Shown: piece by piece, positions 9,168 through 18,100 of the stretch
How positions within the stretch are numbered: the first letter of the stretch is position 1
How the letters are laid out: every line of letters starts with the position of its first letter
Notes under the pieces: generated by a model
What the model saw: the letters and a program-made list of their open reading frames with translations, nothing else
Told to the model about the DNA's origin: nothing
Databases searched by the model: none
Program-made: the position numbers and the translations under genes
Assembly (NCBI GenBank): GCA_034435035.1
Contig: DAOTXW010000079.1
Location: forward strand, 1,551 to 65,550
Length of the DNA: 64,000 nucleotides
Origin: Anaerolineae bacterium
GTDB taxonomy: Bacteria; Chloroflexota; Anaerolineae; Aggregatilineales; UBA3940
Reading direction: 5' to 3'

Positions 9168-11069
9168 TCAAGTGAAGTAGCGCTGCATCCACAGCTCAAA
9201 TGTCAGCAGGGCCCAGAGCGCCTGCCCGAGATCGCTCCTGCCCTGCTGATGCGCATCGAGCATGGCGCGCACGGACTGAATCTGCAAAATCCCACGCCCG
9301 GCCGCCGCCGGGCTCAACAGGGTCTGACGCGCAAAGGCTGCCAGCTCACCGCGAAACCAGGATCCCACCGGCACGCCGAAACCGTGTTTCTGGCGATGGA
9401 TAATCCCCTCAGGCAACAGACCGCGCAGCGCACGCTTCAGGATGTATTTCTTCACACCGTGCCTCAGCTTCAGGCGAAGGGGGATGCGCGCGGCGTATTC
9501 GAACAGAATATGATCAAGGAAGGGGGCGCGGGCTTCCAGCGAGACAGCCATGCTGCACCGATCGACTTTCACCAGCAGGTCTTCCGGTAGATAGGTTTTC
9601 AGGTTCACATCCAGCAGCTGCGCCACGGCTTCATCAGCGTGACGGTCATTGTGCGATGTGAAATAGGTTCGGTAATGCCCCTGAACGGCTTTCTCGCTGC
9701 CGGCTCCCACCAGGGCCACCACCCATCGCGAAGGCACATAGCGCACCCAGCTCAGGTAGCGCTCCGGCATTTCCAGCCCTACCGTCTGCGCAAACCGGCC
9801 TGCCCGCCGAATGAGCCCGCGATAGTGCGTCGTCTCGGGCAGTCTATCAAGAGTATGGGCAACGGCATGCTGCAGCGGCCGCGGTATCCGTTCATACAGC
9901 CGACTGAGCTGCGCCGCGCGGAATCGATCGTAGCCGGCGAACAGTTCATCTCCCCCATCCCCCGTCAACGCTACGGTGACATGCTGGCGCGCCAGCTTGC
10001 TGACCAGGTATGTGGGGATGGCCGATGAATCGCCAAATGGCTGGTCGTGGTGCCATACCAGCTCGCCAACCAGGTTCAGAACATCAGGCCGCACGATGAA
10101 CTCATGGTGTTCGGTGGCAAACTGCGCAGCGACCTGGCGTGCATAGGGAGTTTCATCAAACGAAGGCTCGTCTTCAAACCCGATCGAGAAAGTCCTGACC
10201 GCGTGAGAGCTGGCCTGCGCCATCAGAGCAACTACAGCCGCCGAGTCCAGGCCGCCGGACAGAAACGCACCCAGCGGGACATCAGCCAGCATCCGCATCT
10301 GCACGGCTTCCCGAAGCTGATTCAGCAAGCCGGAGGTGATTTCCTCCTCATCGACTGCTGCATCAACCACTGGATAGGGCGCTTCCCAGAAGGGTTTAAT
10401 ACTCACCTTTGCACTGCCATCGCCCAGATCGGCCGTCAGCAGCATTCCAGGGCTCAGTTGGTGAATCCCTTCAAACAGCGTATCAGGCGCAGGCGCGTAT
10501 CCATAGGCAAGATAGTGCGGGATCAGGGATCGGTTGAGGCGGGCTGTCACCGCGGGGTGCTGCAGAAGTGCCTTGATCTCTGAGCCGAAGACCAGCCAGC
10601 CGGTGTCCTGCCAGTAGTACAGCGGCTTCTCGCCCAGCCTGTCGCGCGCCAGCACTAGCCGGCGCCGCCGGGCATCCCAGATAGCCAGCGCAAACATGCC
10701 ACGAAACGGCTGGATAAAGGCCGGCGCACCATGCTGTATATAGGAGCGCAGGAGCGTCTCGGTATCAGAGTGCGAGAAGAAGCGGTGCCCGGATTCTTCC
10801 AGGGAAGCTCGCACACTGCCAAAGTTGTAGACCTCGCCGTTATAGGCGATCCAGGTATCCCCTGCTGGATGGACGACATGCATTGGCTGGTGGCCGGCTG
10901 CGCTGAGGTCAATCACAGCCAGCCGGGTATTGGCGAGGCCGCACGGTCCGCACACGACAGCACCGGAGTCGTCTGGCCCCCGGTGTGCCAGTGTCCGCAC
11001 CATGCGCTCCAGCACACTCTGATCGGCCTGTTGGCCATGGAAGGAAAGCATCCCGGCGATACCGCACAT
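9168..11069 (-). CDS. asnB: Asparagine synthase (glutamine-hydrolysing)-type amidotransferase, copy 1
   Basis: Begins MCGIAGM (Cys2 nucleophile), so the start is placed at the internal ATG 11069, not 11138. The synthetase domain carries the PP-loop-like FLSGGLDSAAV. Confidence 0.85.
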   Translation of the reverse strand: MCGIAGMLSFHGQQADQSVLERMVRTLAHRGPDDSGAVVCGPCGLANTRLAVIDLSAAGHQPMHVVHPAGDTWIAYNGEVYNFGSVRASLEESGHRFFSHSDTETLLRSYIQHGAPAFIQPFRGMFALAIWDARRRRLVLARDRLGEKPLYYWQDTGWLVFGSEIKALLQHPAVTARLNRSLIPHYLAYGYAPAPDTLFEGIHQLSPGMLLTADLGDGSAKVSIKPFWEAPYPVVDAAVDEEEITSGLLNQLREAVQMRMLADVPLGAFLSGGLDSAAVVALMAQASSHAVRTFSIGFEDEPSFDETPYARQVAAQFATEHHEFIVRPDVLNLVGELVWHHDQPFGDSSAIPTYLVSKLARQHVTVALTGDGGDELFAGYDRFRAAQLSRLYERIPRPLQHAVAHTLDRLPETTHYRGLIRRAGRFAQTVGLEMPERYLSWVRYVPSRWVVALVGAGSEKAVQGHYRTYFTSHNDRHADEAVAQLLDVNLKTYLPEDLLVKVDRCSMAVSLEARAPFLDHILFEYAARIPLRLKLRHGVKKYILKRALRGLLPEGIIHRQKHGFGVPVGSWFRGELAAFARQTLLSPAAAGRGILQIQSVRAMLDAHQQGRSDLGQALWALLTFELWMQRYFT

Positions 11070-11094
11070 GGTTAAGCCCTGTTCGCCTGCGCCA

Positions 11095-12213
11095 TCAGGC
11101 CGCAGAGAGCACGCTGCGATAGACATCCAGCGTGGCATCGACCATCCGTCGCACCGAGAACCCTGTCTGCAGGCGCCGGAGTCCGGCCTGTCCCATCGCG
11201 ATCCGCAGGCTGCTATCGCTCAGGAGGCGATTTAACGCCCCCGCCAGTTCTGCAGCATCTCCAGGCGCTACCAGCAGGCCCGTTTCCCCATCCACCACGA
11301 TCTCAGGCAATGCACTGGCGCGGCTGGCTACCAGCGGCACACTGCATCCCATTGCTTCCAGAGTGACCAGCCCGAAACCCTCCCATCGTGAAGGCACTGC
11401 GATCACATCACAGGCGGGCATTAGACGATATGCGCCCTCGACCCAGCCAGTAAAGCGCACCGCTTCACGGATAAGCAGCCGGTCAGACTGTGACTCGAGC
11501 GCCTTACGTTCCGGGCCATTTCCCACGATCACCAGCTGCGCACCCGGGTGATTCTGGCGAACCTGCCAGAATGCATCCAGGAGAACATCAACGCCCTTCT
11601 GGCGGATCAGCCGCCCGAAAAACCCGACCAGCAGGGGTTGATCGTCCAGTCCGAGCAGCGCCCGTGCGCCGGCACGCGCATCAGGGGGTAGCACCGGAGC
11701 GTCGAGGCCATAGTGTACCGTTACGAGCCTGTTGGGATCAATGCCTTCGACTTCCCGCACAAAATCGGTCAGCGCCCCGGAAATGGCGATCACCCGATCG
11801 GCATGGCGCATGGCACGCTGGTTCAGCCAGCGGATCGCGGGAAAGCGCCGGAAGCGGTCATCATTGTGGCGGGATGACACAGCATGAAGCACTCCAGCCT
11901 GGCGGGCAGCCGGAAGCCCGTAGAGATCGGCATGGAGCAAATGCGTGTGCACCAGGTCGGGCTGAAGAGCGCGCAGGTGATCTACCAGCCGCCGCATCAG
12001 GGTGGTATCGATATGCCCCCGAATAGCGATTGATGCAGCGGGCACCGCACAGCTTTGCAGCGCTTCCAGGAAAGCGGGAACCGGTCGATGCGGATCAACC
12101 AGCACCAGCATGCGCGCATCGATCCCCTGTTGCCGCAGGCCGGGCAGGAGGCGGAGCAGATGGCCCTCCGAGCCAGCGATGCCGGTCACTTTGCTCACAT
12201 GGAGAACGCGCAT
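11095..12213 (-). CDS. Glycosyltransferase, GT-B fold (GT4 family)
   Basis: Start moved to MRVLHVSKVTGIAGSEGH (ATG 12213), which forms a TGATG overlap with the stop of the upstream gene. C-terminal WEGFGLVTLEAMGCSVPLVASR...GETGLLV. Confidence 0.8.
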   Translation of the reverse strand: MRVLHVSKVTGIAGSEGHLLRLLPGLRQQGIDARMLVLVDPHRPVPAFLEALQSCAVPAASIAIRGHIDTTLMRRLVDHLRALQPDLVHTHLLHADLYGLPAARQAGVLHAVSSRHNDDRFRRFPAIRWLNQRAMRHADRVIAISGALTDFVREVEGIDPNRLVTVHYGLDAPVLPPDARAGARALLGLDDQPLLVGFFGRLIRQKGVDVLLDAFWQVRQNHPGAQLVIVGNGPERKALESQSDRLLIREAVRFTGWVEGAYRLMPACDVIAVPSRWEGFGLVTLEAMGCSVPLVASRASALPEIVVDGETGLLVAPGDAAELAGALNRLLSDSSLRIAMGQAGLRRLQTGFSVRRMVDATLDVYRSVLSAA

Positions 12214-13610
12214 CAGGCAGAGCGCTCCAGGGATGGCAGCCGCCCCGTTTGACCGGTCAGTTTGCCCCACAGCCGGACGCTGCCAAAAGCAGCCAGCACA
12301 GTGAAGGCGAACATTACGGGGAACAGATACCGGGGTTCGATGAGAAGGAGTGATAATATCGCGGTGCAATAGAGGATCCAGCCCGCCAGGGGCAGGGTAC
12401 TGCGCCACTGGCTGCGGCTGTAGACCGCGCCGATGACGCCGCCAAGCAAGCCCCAGAAATGCCAGATATACATCGCCGCCCGGCGGCCCAGGCCCGGGAC
12501 GCGTAGCAGGTCGCCGGCGTTAGCCTGCCCGGACAGCACGCCGTGTATCAGATCCCACACCCCGGTTGGCGCAGGATCGACCAGCAGGATGGTGCCGTAG
12601 GGCTGGAGATAGGCTTTCAGGGTGTCCCTGATGATGCGGGAGGCCCACCGGCCGGGAGACAACAGGATGTTGGCCAGCCCTGCACGCAGGTACTCATCTG
12701 ACCCTATCTCAGCCACGCTGGTGTTGGGTTCAGTCGTCCGCGTGTCCTCCATCGCGGTCTCCTCCAGCTCACCGCCGCCAAGCTCGCGGCCATCATCACG
12801 GCTGGAAAGCCACAGATGACTGAAGGCTGTGTCGGCTACAGGCAGCCACTCACCGGCATTGATTGCGGTCCGAACTGTCCAGGGTATGACCAGGGCTAGC
12901 ATCATCGCGGTCAGCTGGGTTACCCCAAGCAGGGCGCGCCGCTGCCCGGGCTGCAGCCAGGCATGAATTGCCAGCGCGGCGGGGAACAGTAGAGGAATGG
13001 GCCGGGTCAGCACAGCCAGGCCAAGCAGCACGCCAGCCCACCGGTACCCGGGAAGCGATCCATCGGCGCTGGCCTTCAGATACACAAGCATGAACGCGCA
13101 GAACAGCGCAATGAAGAGGGTCTCAGTGGCGATGGCGCCAACCTGGAAGATATAGCGAGCGTCAAACGCCTGAGCTACCAGCGCCACGCGCCCGGCCCGT
13201 TCGCCAAACAGGTGGGCTGCGATGCGGTAGATGAGCCATACCGAGAGCGTGTCCACCAGCGCCTGCAGCACGCGGAGGCTGATCAACTGCGCTGCGAGCT
13301 GGCTGCGCGGGATGATCGCCATAATCGGCGCCATGAATACAGGGTAAATCGGCCCGATCGACGTCACGGGGCCGCCGCGGCTATAAAGAAGCCACTTGGG
13401 ATGACGAGCGATATCGATGTAATACAGAGCATCGCTGGTATGGGGCTCTTCGGTTGCGAAGGCCAGCGCGACCACAACCAGCCGGAGCGCCAGCGCAGCC
13501 ACCAGGATGATGAAGATGGCGCGGTTCGCTCTGAGTGCCGTCAGCAGCCGTGTGCGCCACGTCGAGATGCTACTCACGTCGGGTTGAGTCAAGCTGGCGC
13601 TCCAACTCAC
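12213..13610 (-). CDS. GT-C fold membrane glycosyltransferase (PMT_2/ArnT-like)
   Basis: About 10 or more hydrophobic helices. An SDALYYIDIARH motif follows TM1, similar to the DE/DxxxY loop of the ArnT/PMT_2 families. It lies directly downstream of a GT2 polyprenol-P-sugar synthase and a DUF2304 gene. GTG start at 13610; downstream in-frame alternatives exist (13592, 13577). Confidence 0.55.
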   Translation of the reverse strand: MSWSASLTQPDVSSISTWRTRLLTALRANRAIFIILVAALALRLVVVALAFATEEPHTSDALYYIDIARHPKWLLYSRGGPVTSIGPIYPVFMAPIMAIIPRSQLAAQLISLRVLQALVDTLSVWLIYRIAAHLFGERAGRVALVAQAFDARYIFQVGAIATETLFIALFCAFMLVYLKASADGSLPGYRWAGVLLGLAVLTRPIPLLFPAALAIHAWLQPGQRRALLGVTQLTAMMLALVIPWTVRTAINAGEWLPVADTAFSHLWLSSRDDGRELGGGELEETAMEDTRTTEPNTSVAEIGSDEYLRAGLANILLSPGRWASRIIRDTLKAYLQPYGTILLVDPAPTGVWDLIHGVLSGQANAGDLLRVPGLGRRAAMYIWHFWGLLGGVIGAVYSRSQWRSTLPLAGWILYCTAILSLLLIEPRYLFPVMFAFTVLAAFGSVRLWGKLTGQTGRLPSLERSA

Positions 13611-13956
13611 GCACGCGCATGCCCAGCAGGGCGATATGCTGGGCAGCCTGTTTGTTTTCGCGGGTCAGACGCGTGATCACCATGGAGAACTGCAGGAGGA
13701 TAAGCATCAGCAGCCCGAAGCCAATCACAAACAGGGCGGCTGGCGGGTAAAAGATTCCCATCTGCTCTGCGATGATATAGAGTACCGTATCCCGGAAGAT
13801 GGTCAGGAAGATCAACAGCACACAGGTAGCCAGCCACAGTAGCGAATAATCTTCGCGGAGGCGGCGCCTCCGCACCAGTTCAATGACCAGGATGAACATA
13901 GCCGCCGGGACGGCCAGCATTAGAATCGCCGGTCGGGAAATCTCTTTAAGCGCCAT
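13570..13956 (-). CDS. DUF2304-like small membrane protein
   Basis: Start taken at MALKEISRP (ATG 13956). Pattern: TM, then RRRRLREDYSLLWL, two further TM helices, and a C-terminal amphipathic tail. This resembles DUF2304 proteins that accompany GT2 polyprenol-P-sugar synthases. Confidence 0.6.
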   Translation of the reverse strand: MALKEISRPAILMLAVPAAMFILVIELVRRRRLREDYSLLWLATCVLLIFLTIFRDTVLYIIAEQMGIFYPPAALFVIGFGLLMLILLQFSMVITRLTRENKQAAQHIALLGMRVRELERQLDSTRRE

Positions 13957-14743
13957 GGAACTCTCCCGCAACCCGTGGGCGTTCACGCAACAGATCAACC
14001 AGGATCGCCAGTATCACCTTGATCATGTAATAGGCGGAGCGCATCGGAGTGATCGATGACTGGCCACCGTAGCGCGGGTTCATCGTTACCGGAATCTCAT
14101 GAACCTGCATGCCGATGCGCTTGAATAGCACAACCGATTCTGGCTCCGGGTAGTCAAAGGGATACTCCGCGGCACAGAACACAAGAGCCCGCCGGTTGAA
14201 CGCTCGAAACCCCGAGGTGGGATCGGTGACTCGCCGCCCTATAAGCAATGAGATCAGCTTGGAAAGAACCAGGATCCCGGCGCGACGCGGCCACGGTGTG
14301 ATGTATCCGCGATCCTCAATATACCGTGACCCGATGACAATATCCGCCCCGGAACGATCCATCTGCGCGATCAGCTGATTGATCTCCGATGGGTCGTGCT
14401 GCCCATCGCCATCGACCTGAACTGCCACGTCATACCCATAGTCACGAGCGTAGATGAATCCTGTCTGCATCGCCGACCCGATGCCAAGGTTGTACGGCAG
14501 GCTTAACACAGTCGCGCCGGATCGCTCTGCGACCAGCGCCGTGGCATCTGCTGAGCCGTCATCAACCACCACGACATCAGCAGCCGGAACTGCCTCGTGC
14601 ACCTGCTGAATCACGCGGCCCAGGCTCTCTTCCTCATTAAACGCAGGGATGATGACCAGGATGCTCAACGGTCGAGCCTCCACCTGTAGAGCCAGCAATG
14701 GGCCAGTCGGGTTCGGTGAGGCTTCATGTCGATGCCTTTTCAC
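13946..14743 (-). CDS. GT2 polyprenol-phosphate sugar synthase (DPM1/GtrB/ArnC-like)
   Basis: ILVIIPAFNEEESL, VVVVDDGSADAT and VQVDGDGQHDP motifs. A more likely start is the in-frame TTG at about 14668, preceded by GGTGGAGG 8 nt upstream. Confidence 0.8.
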   Translation of the reverse strand: MKRHRHEASPNPTGPLLALQVEARPLSILVIIPAFNEEESLGRVIQQVHEAVPAADVVVVDDGSADATALVAERSGATVLSLPYNLGIGSAMQTGFIYARDYGYDVAVQVDGDGQHDPSEINQLIAQMDRSGADIVIGSRYIEDRGYITPWPRRAGILVLSKLISLLIGRRVTDPTSGFRAFNRRALVFCAAEYPFDYPEPESVVLFKRIGMQVHEIPVTMNPRYGGQSSITPMRSAYYMIKVILAILVDLLRERPRVAGEFHGA

Positions 14744-15920
14744 TGAGAACTTCAGCCAACGCGGCTATTACCTGCATGAAGCGCCCGCGCCAGGTATGGC
14801 GCTGCGCTTCGGCCATGCGTCGGGCGCTCAATGCATTTCCGTCTGTGAGGGCTTGTTCCACCATGGCGATGAACTGGTCAGCGCTGCTCGCGACGGCTAT
14901 TATATCGCCAAACTGGCGGGCCTCGGGCATGTCGACCGAGACAACCGGCTTACCGGTGGCAAGGTATTCGTACAGCTTAAGCGGACTGCAGTGCTCGGCG
15001 ACGCCATCAAGTACATACGGATTGACGCAGACGTCGAATGCCTTCACATAGCGCGGCACTTCCTCGTAGGGAACGCGACCGGTGGTGACAAAATTCGGCA
15101 GACCTTCCAGAGGCGCGGTATTTGCCAGCAGATCGCGCGGTCCCACATGGACAATGGTCCAATCGGGATGCTCGCGAGCGATACGGCCCAGCAGAGCGGT
15201 ATCAATCCAGTAGTTCAGGCTGCCCAGATACCCAACAATCGGATGCCTGAGGCCGGCCAGTGCCTCCGCCACCGGTGTGGCAGGATCGGCCGCCCGGGCA
15301 AAATGATCGGCCTCAACCCCATTCGGAATCAGCGCCACACGTCGTGCGCCGGCCTGCCGGGAATCTCGGAGTGCGGCGGCTGTAACGATCAGCAGATCGC
15401 AAACAGCGATCAGCCGCTGTTCCATAGCCTTAATGACCCGCGAGTTGACCAGCCCGCGCGCGGCTGTGAAATCGTCCACACATTCATAAACGGCAGCGCA
15501 TTCGCCCATCCGACCCACGAAGTCAGCAGAGTGGGGCGTGTAAGTCCACAGCACGGGCGCGCGGAAGCCCAGCCTGCGCAGTTGCATCCTCACAACAGGC
15601 CGCAGGAGAAGATTGTTGATCGTATTGATGAGGCAGGACATCTGGAAGAAAGGCAGCACCACCGGCAGCGTGTAGACCCACAGGTTAGGGGCAACCTGCC
15701 GTGGCCCCTTCAGCCAGCGCCACGGCCGCGCGAATTGCCGCCGCAGGTCTACCAGCCATCCTGCCCAGTGCATCTGCTGCTCCACATACAGCACGCGGTT
15801 TCCACTTTCTGCCCACCAGCGGGCGAAGCGGTGTTTGCGCGTCGGCAGAGCATCCCAATCCTGCGTCGAGAGGATCAGGAAGTCCCGTCCTTCGATGAGC
15901 GGAACAGAATACTCAGCCAT
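14724..15920 (-). CDS. Glycosyltransferase, GT-B fold (TuaH-like)
   Basis: Start placed at MAEYSVPLIEGRDFLILSTQDWDALPTRKHRFA (ATG 15920, 8-nt overlap with the upstream stop). The N-terminus matches the GT1/TuaH-type pattern (F-x-I-x-S-x-x-W), and the C-terminal half has a Rossmann-like layout. Confidence 0.65.
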   Translation of the reverse strand: MAEYSVPLIEGRDFLILSTQDWDALPTRKHRFARWWAESGNRVLYVEQQMHWAGWLVDLRRQFARPWRWLKGPRQVAPNLWVYTLPVVLPFFQMSCLINTINNLLLRPVVRMQLRRLGFRAPVLWTYTPHSADFVGRMGECAAVYECVDDFTAARGLVNSRVIKAMEQRLIAVCDLLIVTAAALRDSRQAGARRVALIPNGVEADHFARAADPATPVAEALAGLRHPIVGYLGSLNYWIDTALLGRIAREHPDWTIVHVGPRDLLANTAPLEGLPNFVTTGRVPYEEVPRYVKAFDVCVNPYVLDGVAEHCSPLKLYEYLATGKPVVSVDMPEARQFGDIIAVASSADQFIAMVEQALTDGNALSARRMAEAQRHTWRGRFMQVIAALAEVLSEKAST

Positions 15921-18057
15921 CTGCGGCCCCAACCGAATCGATCGGCAGCCAGAAACCCTGGCCGGAGCGTATGCTTTCCATAGCGGCCAGTGCAAGCCGG
16001 GTTGCCCGCAGCCCATCCCGCCCGGTGACAGTCAGCTCCTGCTCACCCCGGATGGCCGCCCCGAACTGATCCAGCAGAGCACGGTGACCTTTATCCTGCC
16101 GTCCACGTACCGATTCGCCGGCCATCCCCGTCAGGCTGAGCGAGCGAAAGTCGTCCAAGACAGCAGTCCCTCCGCCGGCAAAGACCTCAATCCGCTCCTT
16201 CCCAGTGTCAGGGCTGCCCTGAGCGGTGTAGACGATCATCCCCAGTGACCCGTCAGGAAAACGCAGGTTGATGGTGAAATCCTGCCCATCCGGGTTGCCC
16301 TGTGCGCTCACAGCCACCGGGTCACTGTCCAGAATGCCACAGATGAAGTCGATGAAGTGCACCCCTTCACCCAGCAGCCGCCCGCCGCCTTCACGGGGAT
16401 CGTTCAGCCAATGTTCAGCGGGGATCGCGCCGGCATTGATGCGATAGATCACCACTTTTTTGCGCGTGGTGACGCCGCCTAGCGCCAACTTCAGTGCCCG
16501 GGCTGTCGGCGCCAGCCGCCGGTTAAAACCGACCGTCAGCAGGACGCCGGACTCTGCGGCTGCGCCTATCATCGTCTCGCAGTCTTCCACCCGGAGCGCC
16601 ATAGGCTTTTCAACAAACACATGCTTTCCCGCCTGGGCCGCCGCAATAGCCTGGGCAGCATGGAGATCGTGGCGCGTCGCGATCAGCACCGCTTCGACCC
16701 CGGGATCTGCAAGCGCTGCCGTCAGATCAGTTGCAGCTAAGGGAGCGCCCGCCTTTCGCGCAGCCTGTACCGCGGACGCTCCGCCGCTGACCACGGCAAC
16801 TGTGCGAAAGTATGAGCTGGCCTTGAGGTTGGGCAGGTGCACACTCCGCGCAAAGCTGCCTGCACCAACCAGCGCCACCCCGATCTGCCCACGCTTCTGA
16901 ACGGCCCCTCGTAGCACAAAGTGACGCGGTAACCGGGGGGCATCTGACTCCTGGCCGTATGTCAGCAGGACTGCCAGCGCCCCCTGGCGGACCGCGTCAT
17001 AAGCCCGATCGGCCTGCTCAACCGGATACTCAGCCGTGATGAGCGATTCGACATCGATCTTTCCATCGGCTATCAGTCGCAGAAAAGCGCCCAGGTTGCG
17101 CTGCTCAGTCCAGCGGACGTAGCCCAGCGGATAGTCGACTCCCTGTTCCTCGTAGCGGCGGTCGTAGCGGCCTGGGCCCGCCGAGCGCGACATCACAAAG
17201 TCGAGCTCCCGGTTGTAAAAATCCGTGCGCTCCAAGTCCATACCCATTGCCCCCACCATCACGACCCGGCCCCGCTCGCGGCACATCCTGAAAGCTTCAT
17301 TGGTAGGGCTGCTGCTATGGGTGGAAGCGCACAGGATGACCCGATCGGCACCATGCCCGCCCGTGAGTGCACGCACCTGCGCCGCTGCATCACCAACCGT
17401 GGGGTCGAGGGTATGTGCTCCTGCCAGGCGAGCGGCCAGCTCACGGCGGCCGGCGATCGGATCTGAGCCAATTACCTGGCAGCCCGCTGCGTCCAGTATC
17501 TGCGCGGTGAGCTGCCCGATTAGCCCCAGACCAACCACCACTACGGTTTCGCCCAGCGTAGGCTCCGCGCGGCGCACCCCCTGGAGGGCGATGGCGCCCA
17601 GGGTGGCAAACGCGGCTTGCTGGTAGGTCAGCCCGTTCGGAATCCGGGCCAGCAGATTCCCGGGCACCGCATCGTACTCAGCGTGATTGGCGAAGCCAGC
17701 ACCTGAGCAGGCAACCCGATCCCCGGGTTGCAGATCAGCTGCCAGGGCGCCTGCCCCGACCACAACCCCAGCCGCGCTGTAGCCAGCCGGGAACCATTGC
17801 TCCGAGATACCCTGCACTGCCTCTGCTGTGAAGCGAATCCCTTCACGCAGGGCCAGCTGCACGGCCCTGGCGATCAGTTCAGGATTCTCCAGTGCCTTGC
17901 GGATCAGACTCCCACCCCCGGATGCCTGCATTGTCTCAGTCCCACTGGAGATCAGCGAGGCGTAGACCCGCACCAGTACACCTTCGGCGGGCACAGCGGG
18001 AGCAGGCACTTCCTGTATCAGCAGCTTACCTTTGCCATCAAAGAAAACCTGTTTCAT
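15913..18057 (-). CDS. Bi-domain oxidoreductase: N-terminal MDR/zinc-type alcohol dehydrogenase fused to C-terminal Gfo/Idh/MocA
   Basis: The N-terminal half reads VRVYASLISSGTE...VVVVGLGLIGQL (MDR Rossmann). The C-terminal half reads IGVALVGAGSFARSVHLPNL...EKPMAL (Gfo/Idh/MocA signature E-K-P). Confidence 0.8.
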   Translation of the reverse strand: MKQVFFDGKGKLLIQEVPAPAVPAEGVLVRVYASLISSGTETMQASGGGSLIRKALENPELIARAVQLALREGIRFTAEAVQGISEQWFPAGYSAAGVVVGAGALAADLQPGDRVACSGAGFANHAEYDAVPGNLLARIPNGLTYQQAAFATLGAIALQGVRRAEPTLGETVVVVGLGLIGQLTAQILDAAGCQVIGSDPIAGRRELAARLAGAHTLDPTVGDAAAQVRALTGGHGADRVILCASTHSSSPTNEAFRMCRERGRVVMVGAMGMDLERTDFYNRELDFVMSRSAGPGRYDRRYEEQGVDYPLGYVRWTEQRNLGAFLRLIADGKIDVESLITAEYPVEQADRAYDAVRQGALAVLLTYGQESDAPRLPRHFVLRGAVQKRGQIGVALVGAGSFARSVHLPNLKASSYFRTVAVVSGGASAVQAARKAGAPLAATDLTAALADPGVEAVLIATRHDLHAAQAIAAAQAGKHVFVEKPMALRVEDCETMIGAAAESGVLLTVGFNRRLAPTARALKLALGGVTTRKKVVIYRINAGAIPAEHWLNDPREGGGRLLGEGVHFIDFICGILDSDPVAVSAQGNPDGQDFTINLRFPDGSLGMIVYTAQGSPDTGKERIEVFAGGGTAVLDDFRSLSLTGMAGESVRGRQDKGHRALLDQFGAAIRGEQELTVTGRDGLRATRLALAAMESIRSGQGFWLPIDSVGAADG

Positions 18058-18100
18058 AGCAGGAGCTCGTGAGCCAGATGGGGGTAGTTCAGCCAGGATT

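Noticed and set aside
11070-11138. N-terminal extensions proposed by the ORF track (also 5930-5983, 12214-12408, 13957-13998, 15921-16016, 23784-23870, 34735-34770, 48991-49077, 51834-51911, 55140-55211)
   Set aside because: In each case an internal start fits better. Reasons include the Cys2 nucleophile of AsnB (MCGIAG), ATGA/TGATG coupling to the upstream stop, a nearby Shine-Dalgarno, or alignment with the paralog N-terminus. The extensions overlap upstream genes and have no family resemblance. Exact starts remain unverified.
14649-15983. 444-aa plus-strand ORF antisense to the TuaH-like glycosyltransferase
   Set aside because: No recognisable motifs and a skewed R/H/G/Q composition. The minus-strand product fits the operon (overlapping stops and starts) and family patterns.
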